A stretch of 64,000 nt of DNA from Spirochaetia bacterium (GCA_963662795.1 OY759746.1:3776001-3840000); one strand, 5' to 3'; numbered from the stretch's first letter, positions 10,166 through 20,265 are shown. Numbers and translations: made by a program. Notes: a model not told the origin generated them from the letters alone.

Positions 10166-11192
10166 CACAGAGTACTGCAACAATTTTCCGGATCCGCTCT
10201 ATTTCAGCTCACTTAAAGAAAACAGCAAATCAATCCAGTGTAATCTTTGTCCCAACAACTGTATCATCGCGCCCGGGAAATTCGGAATCTGCGGGGTAAG
10301 GGGTAATTCCATCGAAGGGGGAAGAGGGATAATTCCATTCGCCGGTAAACTTTCAGCCCTTGCTGTCGACCCGATAGAGAAAAAACCACTCTACCATTTC
10401 TTTCCGGGCTCTAAAATTCTCTCTGCAGGATTTTACGGATGCAGCTTCAGATGCCCGTACTGCCAGAATCATTCAATTTCAACACGGACGGATTCTTCGG
10501 CTGAAACTGTCTCCCCGGAAGAAGCTGTTAAAATTACTGAAAAAACAGGGACTATAGGTCTTGCATATACATATTCCGAGCCTCTTGTCCATATTGAATG
10601 GGTAATGAAGACAGCCTCCCTTTTAAGAAAGAAAAATCTTAAAAATGTGCTTGTTACAAACGGGTATATAAACCCGGAAGCAGGAAAAGCTGTCCTTGAA
10701 AATATGGATGCTCTTAATATTGATCTTAAATCCTTCAATAAAGATTTTTACAGTTCAGAATTAAAGGGAAAACTTGACCCTGTGAAGGAATTCATAGGCC
10801 TTGCAGCAGCCGAAACACATGTTGAAGTTACTACCCTTGTAATTCCCGGAAAAAATGATACACGGCAGGAAATTGAGGATATTGCCCGCTTTCTCGCGTC
10901 TTTAAAAAAGAGTATCCCCCTTCACCTTTCCTGTTATTATCCTTCATATAGATATACAACTGAACCGACCAGACCTGAAACAGTTATCAGCCTTGCCGGG
11001 GCAGCTTCAAAATACCTTGATTATGTTTACCCCGGAAATATTGGAATGCTGGGTTCGGATACAAAATGTCCCTCATGCGGAGCGACAATTATAAGCCGAA
11101 GCGGACAATTCCTGCGGTCTGTTAAAGCAACAGGAATTGATAAAAAAAAGTGCATTAATTGCGGCCAAAAGCTTGAAATCATTACAGAGTGA
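10158..11192 (+). CDS. amrS: AmmeMemoRadiSam system radical SAM enzyme
   Basis: CNLCPNNC, CGVR, DPIEKKPLYHF, CSFRCPYCQN (CxxxCxxC), YTYSEP and C-terminal CxxC pairs. Confidence 0.9.
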   Translation: MPDTEYCNNFPDPLYFSSLKENSKSIQCNLCPNNCIIAPGKFGICGVRGNSIEGGRGIIPFAGKLSALAVDPIEKKPLYHFFPGSKILSAGFYGCSFRCPYCQNHSISTRTDSSAETVSPEEAVKITEKTGTIGLAYTYSEPLVHIEWVMKTASLLRKKNLKNVLVTNGYINPEAGKAVLENMDALNIDLKSFNKDFYSSELKGKLDPVKEFIGLAAAETHVEVTTLVIPGKNDTRQEIEDIARFLASLKKSIPLHLSCYYPSYRYTTEPTRPETVISLAGAASKYLDYVYPGNIGMLGSDTKCPSCGATIISRSGQFLRSVKATGIDKKKCINCGQKLEIITE

Positions 11193-11206
11193 TTTACCGA
11201 TAACAG

Positions 11207-11235
11207 TTGACAATATTTTTTTAATTTTGTATTGT
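11207..11235 (+). promoter_or_regulatory. Sigma70-type promoter of tRNA-Asn
   Basis: TTGACA-17 nt-TATTGT just upstream of the tRNA. Confidence 0.6.
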
Positions 11236-11253
11236 AAGTCATTATTTGAGCAT

Positions 11254-11326
11254 TCCTCTGTAGCTCAGTCGGTAGAGCGGGTGGCTGTTAACCACTAGGT
11301 CGGCAGTTCGAGTCTGTCCGGAGGAG
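11254..11326 (+). tRNA. tRNA-Asn(GTT)
   Basis: Cloverleaf: acceptor TCCTCTG/CGGAGGA, D arm GCTCAGTCGGTAGAGC, anticodon loop CTGTTAA, T loop GTTCGAG; CCA not encoded. Confidence 0.97.
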
Positions 11327-11327
11327 T

Positions 11328-11367
11328 AAAAAAAACCTTCCATTTTTTGGAGGGTTTTTTTATTTTT
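11328..11367 (+). terminator. Intrinsic terminator after tRNA-Asn
   Basis: AAAAACCTTCCA-loop-TGGAGGGTTTTT stem plus T tract. Confidence 0.8.
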
Positions 11368-11395
11368 AATGTATATAAAGTTTACGGCGGGGAAT

Positions 11396-11836
11396 ATGAA
11401 ACTCTTAATTTTTATGATGGCAGGGATTGCGGCAGGAATAACAACTACACTTCAGGGAGTAATTAATACAGGACTTGAAAGCAGAACCGGGTTTGCCGGT
11501 TCGGTATTTATAGTAACCTGGGTAAGCGCACTGGTTATGCTTGTTCTATTAATTATTTTTCCATCATATTCAAATTTCAAGGACCTTCCGGGGCTTAAGC
11601 AGTGGTATCTTTATGCCGGAGGGCTCTGCGGTATAATTATCATATCGACACCGGTATTTCTTATACCAAGGATTGGAGTTACACTTACAATAGTAACAAT
11701 GATTGCCGGACAGCTTCTGATTTCAACAATTATTGATCATTTCGGCCTGTTTAATTTTCCCGCCATCAGAATGAATTTTGCCAGGTTTTCAGGAATAATC
11801 CTTCTAATCGCAGGCGTTTTTCTTGTAAAAAAATAA
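11396..11836 (+). CDS. DMT family (YdcZ/DUF606-like) transporter
   Basis: Hydrophobic; LQGVINTGL, WYLYAGGLCG, GQLLISTIIDHFGLF motifs. Start placed at MKLLIF. Confidence 0.85.
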   Translation: MKLLIFMMAGIAAGITTTLQGVINTGLESRTGFAGSVFIVTWVSALVMLVLLIIFPSYSNFKDLPGLKQWYLYAGGLCGIIIISTPVFLIPRIGVTLTIVTMIAGQLLISTIIDHFGLFNFPAIRMNFARFSGIILLIAGVFLVKK

Positions 11837-12241
11837 TACTTATTATTTGTTTAGAATTAACATGATTTATCAATAAGAAAACAAAAATTCATCATTGATT
11901 TTACTTTTAATACTTGCGGGAATTCGAATTCAGGTTGTAAAATCAAAAGTACATATTTTATTAATCAACCAATATCAACTCCCTGTTTGTTATTGGCTGG
12001 ATTTAGAGGCCTCCCGGTGTGATTACCCATATCCCGGCCGGCCTCTTTTTTTATTTATATGCTTCACAATGACACACATGCCCCAGAGATTATTTTTTTT
12101 AATTTGTTTCATATTGACTCACTTGAAAGTTTAACTTATTAAAAATTGAGTTTCATTTACACAAAACTACAAACACTTAATATATGAGCTACATATCTCT
12201 TTATATTATAAGGATTTATAATTTATATTTTGCGGCATAAT

Positions 12242-12258
12242 TTGGCATAATAATTGCT
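12242..12258 (+). promoter_or_regulatory. Sigma54 (RpoN) promoter of the Hsp20 pair
   Basis: TTGGCATAATAATTGCT has the exact GG-N10-GC (-24/-12) spacing. Confidence 0.75.
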
Positions 12259-12295
12259 ATGATATTTATATAAAACATTCAAGGAGGACAAAACC

Positions 12296-12754
12296 ATGGC
12301 ACTTATTAAATGGAAAAACAAGGATCTTTATGATCCGTGGGATGATTTCAGGAATCTTCAGAATGAAATCAATGATTTGTTTAATACTGACAGAAGTCAA
12401 GGCTACACAGGTTTATTCGACAGGAATTTTTCTCCGGCGATTGATGTTATTGAAAGTGAAAATGATTATTCAGTTGTATGTGAGCTTCCAGGCATTGACA
12501 GGAAAGACATTGATCTGACACTTGCTTCAAATGTATTGACTATCAAGGGAAGCAAAAAAGACGATTCTGAAGAAAAAAACGGCAAATACTTTAAAAAAGA
12601 AACATGGACAGGCAGTTTCCAGAGAACACTGCCTCTTCCGGCAGCTGTTAACGCTGACATGATCTCAGCCGATCTTAAAGACGGCATACTAACTGTCAAA
12701 CTGCCGAAAAAGGAAGAAGCGAAACCAAGAAGTATTGAAGTTAAAATCAAGTAG
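12296..12754 (+). CDS. Small heat shock protein (Hsp20)
   Basis: PAIDVIE, ELPGID, GSFQRTLPLP, ADLKDGILTVKLPK, IEV tail; AAGGAGG RBS. Confidence 0.95.
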   Translation: MALIKWKNKDLYDPWDDFRNLQNEINDLFNTDRSQGYTGLFDRNFSPAIDVIESENDYSVVCELPGIDRKDIDLTLASNVLTIKGSKKDDSEEKNGKYFKKETWTGSFQRTLPLPAAVNADMISADLKDGILTVKLPKKEEAKPRSIEVKIK

Positions 12755-12766
12755 GAGAGGTTTATT

Positions 12767-13120
12767 ATGAAAACTGAAAATTCAGAATACAGAAAACATT
12801 TTAAAGCCTGCTGTAATATCTTTGAAAAAAACGGGCAGGTATTTCTGGAACTTGAAATGCCCGGGGTTTCAAAAGAAAATCTGGAAATGAAAATTGAAAA
12901 TGATATACTTTATATTCATGGAAAAAAGACTGCAAATATTGAAAAAGGACATTTCCTGCTGAAAGAAGTGAGAGACGGAGATTTTTATCATGAATTCACT
13001 CTTGACAATACTATAGACAGGAACAAAATTGAAGCTATTCTTAGCAAAGGTGTTGCAACTATTGTAATGGGCATAAAAGAGTCGGAAAAACCCAGAAAAA
13101 TTGAAATAACCAGTAAATAA
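12767..13120 (+). CDS. Small heat shock protein (Hsp20), short form
   Basis: EMPGVSKENL, IDRNKIEA..KGV, KPRKIEI. Confidence 0.9.
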   Translation: MKTENSEYRKHFKACCNIFEKNGQVFLELEMPGVSKENLEMKIENDILYIHGKKTANIEKGHFLLKEVRDGDFYHEFTLDNTIDRNKIEAILSKGVATIVMGIKESEKPRKIEITSK

Positions 13121-13131
13121 CAAATCCTGCT

Positions 13132-13164
13132 TTACCGGAGATATTTTATTTCCGGTAATTTTTT
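13132..13164 (+). terminator. Intrinsic terminator after the Hsp20 operon
   Basis: TTACCGGA...TCCGGTAA stem plus T run. Confidence 0.7.
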
Positions 13165-13271
13165 ATAAATAAAAATTTTACGTGTCTGGAATATTATTGA
13201 TTAACAGTAAAATGGATATTAAACTCAAGGATAAAGCTTACAGGATATCCATCTTTTCAGGAGATTTAAAA

Positions 13272-14105
13272 ATGAGAGAATCAGTACTTGCTTTCTGGCA
13301 GTCAAACTCTACAGTAATTCTAAGTGTCATTTATAAACTGGTTCTTACAATAATCACTCTGTTTGCAGGTAATACTTTTGTAAGGATAATTAAAAAAATT
13401 ATAAAGGGAACATATTCTTCAGTTAAAACATTTGATAAAACTCTGGCCCCGGTTATTTCTACTTTAGCAGCTTATTCAATATACGCTATATGTGCTGTAA
13501 TCATTCTTGACCTTTTCGGAGTTAATACGGCAAGCATAATAACTATTCTAGGTGCTGCAGGTATTGCTGTTGGACTTGCCCTTAAGGATACACTTGCCAA
13601 TATTGCTTCCGGCATAATGCTTCTCATTTTACGTCCTTTTAACAAGGGTGATTATATAGAATTCGGTTCAACATCAGGCACTGTCATTGAAATCGGGCTT
13701 TTTTCAACAATCCTTGAAACACCTGACGGATTATTTATTTCTGCTCCGAATACAAGCCTGTGGGGAGTCCCGTTAAAGAATTACACTAAAAATGGAAGAA
13801 GACGCCTCGATATTGTTATAGGTATATCATATTCGGATTCCATTGAGACAGCATATAATGTAATGAAGGAAATAAGTGAAAGCGAAAAAAGATTTCTACC
13901 GGACCCTGCCCCGCAGATTATGGTGCATTCCCTTTCAGACAGCGCGGTTAACATACAGCTGAGGGCATGGACAACAGCGGATGATTTCTGGAATGTAAAA
14001 TGGGAACAGAACAGGAACGTAAAGGAAAAGATTGAAGCAGCCGGCCTCACAATACCTTTTCCGCAGCAGGATGTTCATATAAAAAAACGGAGAATTAATG
14101 TATAA
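13272..14105 (+). CDS. mscS: Small-conductance mechanosensitive channel
   Basis: LGAAGIAVGLALKDTLANIASG, RPFNKGDYIE, IPFPQQDVH. Start at the ATG 13272 after AGGAG. Confidence 0.92.
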   Translation: MRESVLAFWQSNSTVILSVIYKLVLTIITLFAGNTFVRIIKKIIKGTYSSVKTFDKTLAPVISTLAAYSIYAICAVIILDLFGVNTASIITILGAAGIAVGLALKDTLANIASGIMLLILRPFNKGDYIEFGSTSGTVIEIGLFSTILETPDGLFISAPNTSLWGVPLKNYTKNGRRRLDIVIGISYSDSIETAYNVMKEISESEKRFLPDPAPQIMVHSLSDSAVNIQLRAWTTADDFWNVKWEQNRNVKEKIEAAGLTIPFPQQDVHIKKRRINV

Positions 14106-14192
14106 ATGCAACCCTCCGCTTTACTTCAAAACATCTGCCTTTTTTCAGCCATATGAATGCTTTACTTTTTTCTTTTCTAAACCGTCAGAAGG

Positions 14193-14594
14193 TCAGTCGC
14201 CCTGCCTGATAATCCCCCAAAGCCCGGCAAGAATTATCATCTGCAGAGACAGATCCTTCATCCAGACAAGAAAGCTGGGTTTCATAAAGTCGTCTAAAAA
14301 ATAAAGAACTGCAATATTAATCCCCCAAAGAACAAGGATAGCAAAACCTGCGAAAAACATTGACCTCTGGTGCATTGAAATAAAAAGCCCGAGGATAAGA
14401 ATTATTCCGGCTATAAGCTGGATAATGGCTATTGCCAGACCCCAGTAATTATTCTTCCCGAAGAGTTTTCCAACACCCCGCATAAACTGGTTTCCTGCGG
14501 AATTATATCCCGAAAGTATAATTACAGCAGATACTGCAAAAAATATACCGATAAAAAGCTGCAAAAAAAACATTCCAGAAATTCTGTTTCTCAT
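14193..14594 (-). CDS. Hypothetical membrane protein (about 4 TM)
   Basis: 133-aa hydrophobic ORF with GGAGG RBS. Confidence 0.75.
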   Translation of the reverse strand: MRNRISGMFFLQLFIGIFFAVSAVIILSGYNSAGNQFMRGVGKLFGKNNYWGLAIAIIQLIAGIILILGLFISMHQRSMFFAGFAILVLWGINIAVLYFLDDFMKPSFLVWMKDLSLQMIILAGLWGIIRQGD

Positions 14595-14768
14595 ATTTCC
14601 TCCAAATTTTTTAATAATATAATATCTGTGTAAAAATAAATATAGTCAATATTCCTGACATACCGCAAATACGGCAGACTGGTTTTTATTTGAATATTCA
14701 TGTTATAAAGAATTACAATGAAGAATAAAGGTATAAGAGCCGAAAATATATTCGGGGAAGTATAATAA

Positions 14769-17543
14769 ATGCAGACAATTTTAAAAAATCAGATAACAGT
14801 TTTTAAAGAAGAAATAAAAACTACAATTAAATCCATTTTGAATATTCTTGGTAAAAACAGGGTATTTGGGATAAACAAGCTGGAAGAGATAGAAAACCAT
14901 CTCACTTTTATCAGTTATAAGGCGTCTGTCCTGTCTCTCCCTGAAATTTCAGAGCTTGTAAACCCTTCTTCCTTCTACGTAAGGGAATTAAAAACATCCG
15001 GTGGAAAAGTAACCCTGGAATCACTTGCCTTTATCAAACTGGTGCTTAAAAAGCTCCATTCATATATGAAATCCATACAGCTTCCTGATGATGACGGGGT
15101 TTATATTGACGGGTCTACTGTCCTTGTTAACTCTTTTTTACACAATCCTCCGTCCCCCGAGGAGATATTCTCCGCTTACAGGAAACGGCAGATAAATATC
15201 AGTAAAATCAACAAATTTAAAAAATTATCCTTTAAAAAGGATGCAGATTTTGCCTATGCCATAAATATTCCTGCTTCAATAGTAAGAGAGAACAGAGGCA
15301 ATTATTATATTTCACTGCTTTACACTGATGCTTCTGATTATAAAAATATGAAAGATTTTATTAATATCCTTAAAAGAATCGATGACAGCGGTTATTCAAT
15401 AATTCACGGGCCTCTTTCAGTACCTCTTAAATCCGCCCTTGAAAAGGAAAACGCACTCCACTACTACATTCTCCTTAAAACTCCGCAGGAACCGGAGAAA
15501 TTCCTTAAAACAAGCAACCTGAAAGGAAAATTGATAAGAACGCTTCACCGTCCCGAAGATTTCAAGGAAGAAAAAGCAGCCAGAGCTGTTTCTGCTGAAA
15601 ACACAGAAGCATCTAAAAAAAGCGCATTGCCTGCAGGGCCGGAGGGCTTTGCAAAGAGTGCAGAGAGTGAAAAACAGACCAAATTCACTTCCGACCAGTA
15701 CAGAAACGCAATGAAAACAGGTGATATCAGGTTTTCAATCGGTTTCAAGATGATTTCAATAATTTCAATGGTAATAATCATGGCTCTTTCAGGGATGATA
15801 TTTCTCGCGACATGGTTTTTTCTGCAGGACAGCCGCATAAGGGTTGAGGAGAACAACCTCAAGGTTTCGGAAATTGTTTCCATGAAAATTGAGGAAGATA
15901 TAGGTTCATTCGGCAATGCGGCGTCGCTCCTCATGCTTGGTGCAAATCAGGCGGAAGAGGAGAATGAAGATTTTATCCGGTATTTTTTCAGAAACGAACC
16001 TGGAGTTATATTTGCCGGAGTACCGGAAATTGGTGCAAATTTCTATAACAAGGACATTCTTCTTGACTATAACATTGATGAAAACTTCATCAACAATATT
16101 ATCAGCGAGAATGCAGAAGAGGTAGGCCAGGCAAAACAGGGTATAACATCTGTTATAAATGTTTCCCCTTACCTGGGAGTCCCTGTAATGGCACTTTCCA
16201 TCCCGTACCGGCAGGGACGGGACCTCCTTTCAATGGTTATGCTTATTGACGTAAGAAAAAGTTTTATGAAGCTGATTGAAACAAAAGGGATAACACTGAC
16301 ATATATTGTAAACGAAAAAGGGGAGATTATTGCTCATCCGGAAGAAAGCTTTATAATAAATGCTGAAAATTTAAGCTCTCTCAAAGTTGTAAAGGATATG
16401 CTGGCAAGCCCTGTAAGCTCAGGCCAGATAAGGTTTTCAGACGATAATAACAAAACATATCTTGGCTCTTACCGGAAAATACCGACCGGAAGGCTTGGCA
16501 TTATTACGCAGGTAGATGAAAATGTTGCTTTTGAAGCAGTTTATAATATCCAGAGACGTAATATCTACCTTATGATAATGGTATTATCAATAACTGTCCT
16601 TATTGTCTATTTTTTCTCGAAAACACTTACCTCCCCTGTCAAAAACCTTGTAGTTGCCACCAAAATGATTGAAGCAGGAGACTTCAGGATAAACCTCAAA
16701 TCGAAAACAAAAGATGAAATCGGGGTGCTTACAAACGCGTTTGTTGAAATGGGAAAGGGACTCGAAGAAAAGGAAAGGATGAAGGACGCTTTCGGCAGGT
16801 TTGTAAACCAGGAAATTGCGGAGCTTGCAATGAAAGGAGAAATACAGCTGGGCGGTGAAATAAAGCCGGCTACAATCTTCTTTTCAGACATAAGGTCTTT
16901 TACAGCAATTTCAGAAAAGCTGACACCGTCTGAAGTGGTAGAGTTTTTAAATGAATACATGACTCTTATGGTAAACTGTGTGAATGATACACACGGGGTA
17001 GTTGATAAGTATATCGGAGATGCGATTATGGCTGTCTGGGGTACTCCCATATCACACGGAAATGATGCTGAAAACGCGATCAACGGCGCTCTTAAAATGA
17101 GATCTTCCCTTATGAGGTTCAATCTTGACAGGGGCAGCGACAAAAAACCGGTTATAAGGATTGGATGCGGGATTAACAGCGGCGACGTTCTTGTCGGACA
17201 GATCGGCTCAAATGAGAGAATGGAATATACCGTTATCGGAGACCCTGTCAATCTTGCTTCCCGTATTGAAGGGCTTAACAAACCAATGGGTACAGATATA
17301 CTGATATCAGAAAATGCCGCTAATGCTGTGAAAGGGATATTTCACCTTGTGCCAATGAACAAGATCAGGGTGAAAGGTAAAAGCGAACCTCAGCAGATTT
17401 ACGCTGTTCTCGGCAGACTTGATGATGATTCAAGGCCGGCGAACCTTAAGGAACTCAGACGGAGAGTCGGCATAACCGGTAATTTTGATACAATTGCAGA
17501 TGTAGAGGAAAAAGAAGAAGTAAAATATGAGATCATTAGGTAA
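14769..17543 (+). CDS. Membrane class III adenylate cyclase (long N-terminal extension, Cache-like sensor, HAMP, cyclase)
   Basis: Two TM segments, HAMP (DEIGVLTNAF), FSDIRSFT, DKYIGDAIM, EYTVIGDPVNLASRIEG. Confidence 0.92.
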   Translation: MQTILKNQITVFKEEIKTTIKSILNILGKNRVFGINKLEEIENHLTFISYKASVLSLPEISELVNPSSFYVRELKTSGGKVTLESLAFIKLVLKKLHSYMKSIQLPDDDGVYIDGSTVLVNSFLHNPPSPEEIFSAYRKRQINISKINKFKKLSFKKDADFAYAINIPASIVRENRGNYYISLLYTDASDYKNMKDFINILKRIDDSGYSIIHGPLSVPLKSALEKENALHYYILLKTPQEPEKFLKTSNLKGKLIRTLHRPEDFKEEKAARAVSAENTEASKKSALPAGPEGFAKSAESEKQTKFTSDQYRNAMKTGDIRFSIGFKMISIISMVIIMALSGMIFLATWFFLQDSRIRVEENNLKVSEIVSMKIEEDIGSFGNAASLLMLGANQAEEENEDFIRYFFRNEPGVIFAGVPEIGANFYNKDILLDYNIDENFINNIISENAEEVGQAKQGITSVINVSPYLGVPVMALSIPYRQGRDLLSMVMLIDVRKSFMKLIETKGITLTYIVNEKGEIIAHPEESFIINAENLSSLKVVKDMLASPVSSGQIRFSDDNNKTYLGSYRKIPTGRLGIITQVDENVAFEAVYNIQRRNIYLMIMVLSITVLIVYFFSKTLTSPVKNLVVATKMIEAGDFRINLKSKTKDEIGVLTNAFVEMGKGLEEKERMKDAFGRFVNQEIAELAMKGEIQLGGEIKPATIFFSDIRSFTAISEKLTPSEVVEFLNEYMTLMVNCVNDTHGVVDKYIGDAIMAVWGTPISHGNDAENAINGALKMRSSLMRFNLDRGSDKKPVIRIGCGINSGDVLVGQIGSNERMEYTVIGDPVNLASRIEGLNKPMGTDILISENAANAVKGIFHLVPMNKIRVKGKSEPQQIYAVLGRLDDDSRPANLKELRRRVGITGNFDTIADVEEKEEVKYEIIR

Positions 17544-20265
17544 GGATTTACTGGCTGTTCTTGCAGCAGGGACAATTTTCCTTGCATCAGGATGGCTTTT
17601 TTACAGCGATATAAACTCAACTCTCAAAAATGTTGAAGGAGAGGAAATCGGTGTTATTACATTCAAGAAGAATAACGCTCAGAGAAAATATACAGGCCGT
17701 ACTGTTTGGGAAAACGTTGAATCAACATCCATCCTCTACAATAACGATACAATAAGGACAAGCACTGATTCGGAAGCTGTGCTTCTCATGAATGACGGCA
17801 CTGAAATAGTTCTCCAGGACAGTTCTCTTATAGTACTGGAATGGGGAGAAGAGGAAAAAAACATTGAATTTTTAGGCGGGAATATTTCCGCAAAAAACAG
17901 CGCAGCTGACAACAGGGCTGTTCAGATAAAATCATCCGATACAGTGATATCGTTATCAGACGCAACAGTAAAACTTGAACAGGGACTTGAAGGGAAACTC
18001 GGCCTTTCCGTCGTTGACGGAAACATAGGGGTAAGTAAAGGCAATATAAGACAGGAAGTCAAGGCAAACCAGAAAGCCTTAATAGACAGGAATCTTGACA
18101 GCTTTACAATTGACGACTTTTCGATACAACCGAACAGACCGGATGACAACAGCTATTTCCTGACCTTCAATAACTCTAATGACATTCTTTTCTCATGGGA
18201 AGTTATAAAGTCTTTCGCTGATCCGATTTTCCAGATTTCAAATGATCTTGATTTTAAAAGAATTATAGACACGACTCCGGCAGGAAATGAAAAAAATATG
18301 ATAAAAACACTGCCTGAGGGAACATATTACTGGAGAATAATATCAGGGACTACAGGAGAGGCGGAAAGCCAGTCAAGAAGATTTGTAGTCATAAACGACA
18401 ACTACCCCAACCCTGTAAGCCCGGCTGCAGGACTTGAGATAAAATACAGGAATCAGCTGCCAAAGATTCGATTCCTCTGGAATCAGGGTTTATTCGCTGA
18501 TTTTTATCTTCTTGAAATATCAAAATCCGAAAGACTTGATTCTCCCATCGCATCAGAAAAGGTCCGGGGGAATTTTCAGATAATAAACAATCTTGAAGAA
18601 GGCAATTATTTCTGGAGAGTAACGCCGCACTATTCACTCGGAGGAATAGGTTATGCACAGAAAGGGAAGATTCAGAATTTCAGGGTTACACGCAATACAG
18701 CGCTTTATCCGGTATCGCTTATCTATCCCCCGGACAAAATAGTGCTTACAACGATAGAAACGGCAAAGGGGATGAATTTTAAATGGAAGGAAGACGCTGA
18801 AATTGCCTCCTATCAGTTTTATTTTTCAGACAGTCCTGCTTTCTCGAGTACCCTTTATAATGAACCTGTCTCTGCTGCCTCATTTTCAATCGGCGAAGAG
18901 ATCAAACCGGGAACATATTACTGGAAGATCGGCGGTGTAACAACTGATAACGAAGTACTGCCTCACTCTGAATATAGAACGGTAACAGTAAAACAGGCTA
19001 CAGGCGAAATAGCGCTTACTAATCCGCCGTTTGACGAGCATTTTGAAATTCCCCAGTTCGGCAGCAGGACTTTCACATGGGACAGTACAGTAGGTGAGAA
19101 TTTCAAATTCCTGCTTTATAAAGATTCCTTATCCTCCACACCAATTATTGAAGACAACGTTAAAGGTAAATCCCGTAAAACCCTTATTCCGGCATCAGGG
19201 GATTATTTCTGGCAGGTATCGGTGATTGATGATAACAACCGCCCTGTTATTGAAAGTCCTGTCTCCCGCTTCAGCACAAGGATACCTCTTGAAAATCCTG
19301 TATTTGTATCTCCGGTTGAAAACAGTGAATTGCAGATTATAGGAGATACTCCTCTTGAGATAAAATGGGATAAAGTTTACGGAGCAGACAGTTATTCAAT
19401 TGAAATAATAAATGAATCAACAGGTAAAACAGTTCTGCCGGAAACTCAAACATCTGACAACACTTTATCTTTTACAAGAACAAAAGAGCTTTCAGAAGGA
19501 ATCCATACTGTTAAATTAAAAGCTGTTAAAAAATCCTCTGACAAATGGGATATTTCCCAAAGCGGAGAAACAGTACTCAGATTCAGAATAACTGACGTTA
19601 TCGTATATGATCCACCGGTTCTTGTATCGCCATCAGATAAAAAAATAGCAGGCATGGAAGAAATTCTTAACGGAAACCTGGTCTTTGAATGGCAGCACAA
19701 ACCGATGCTCAGCCGGTATGAAATAAGTATCTCGGATTCAATTAATTTTGACAGGAACCTTTCAATTTATTCGGCAGAAGGATCCGGATTCAGACTTACA
19801 GAGATAAAACCTGGAAAATACTTCTGGAAAGTCAAAGGTTACGATGAAAAGGGCCATGATTCCCCTCCTTCCAGGGTTAATACATTGACTGTTGAACCCA
19901 TAAAGCCCCTGCTCCAGCCGGCCATTATCTCTCCGGGTAACGGCGAAAATATTAATATGGATAACAGGAATTCTTTACTGCTTAAATGGAAAGAATCGCC
20001 GGAAGCTGAATATTATTCATATAAACTCATTCAGAATGAGGGAACCGGACGAATTCTCGCTTCTGATGATAAATTCCGGGGAACAGAAATTACATTCAAG
20101 GATCTTGATAAACTTGATATCGGGACATTCCGTTTTGAAGTACAGGCATGGAAAGACCTGCCCGGTAATGAAAAAAGGAAAAGTCAGACGGCATCGTCCG
20201 GTTTTACAATCTCACTCAGCCAGCCGGACCCTGATAACGTCGAGATAATAATCCTTGGAGAATGA
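17527..20265 (+). CDS. FecR-domain protein with repeated FnIII/Ig-like modules
   Basis: N-terminal anchor, FecR-like LYNNDTIRT..DGTEIVL, repeated GxYYWRI/GxYFWKV strands; overlaps the cyclase stop. Confidence 0.8.
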   Translation: MRSLGKDLLAVLAAGTIFLASGWLFYSDINSTLKNVEGEEIGVITFKKNNAQRKYTGRTVWENVESTSILYNNDTIRTSTDSEAVLLMNDGTEIVLQDSSLIVLEWGEEEKNIEFLGGNISAKNSAADNRAVQIKSSDTVISLSDATVKLEQGLEGKLGLSVVDGNIGVSKGNIRQEVKANQKALIDRNLDSFTIDDFSIQPNRPDDNSYFLTFNNSNDILFSWEVIKSFADPIFQISNDLDFKRIIDTTPAGNEKNMIKTLPEGTYYWRIISGTTGEAESQSRRFVVINDNYPNPVSPAAGLEIKYRNQLPKIRFLWNQGLFADFYLLEISKSERLDSPIASEKVRGNFQIINNLEEGNYFWRVTPHYSLGGIGYAQKGKIQNFRVTRNTALYPVSLIYPPDKIVLTTIETAKGMNFKWKEDAEIASYQFYFSDSPAFSSTLYNEPVSAASFSIGEEIKPGTYYWKIGGVTTDNEVLPHSEYRTVTVKQATGEIALTNPPFDEHFEIPQFGSRTFTWDSTVGENFKFLLYKDSLSSTPIIEDNVKGKSRKTLIPASGDYFWQVSVIDDNNRPVIESPVSRFSTRIPLENPVFVSPVENSELQIIGDTPLEIKWDKVYGADSYSIEIINESTGKTVLPETQTSDNTLSFTRTKELSEGIHTVKLKAVKKSSDKWDISQSGETVLRFRITDVIVYDPPVLVSPSDKKIAGMEEILNGNLVFEWQHKPMLSRYEISISDSINFDRNLSIYSAEGSGFRLTEIKPGKYFWKVKGYDEKGHDSPPSRVNTLTVEPIKPLLQPAIISPGNGENINMDNRNSLLLKWKESPEAEYYSYKLIQNEGTGRILASDDKFRGTEITFKDLDKLDIGTFRFEVQAWKDLPGNEKRKSQTASSGFTISLSQPDPDNVEIIILGE

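Noticed and set aside
11895-12134. 79-aa ORF upstream of hsp20
   Set aside because: TTG start with no RBS, and it runs through terminator-like hairpins.
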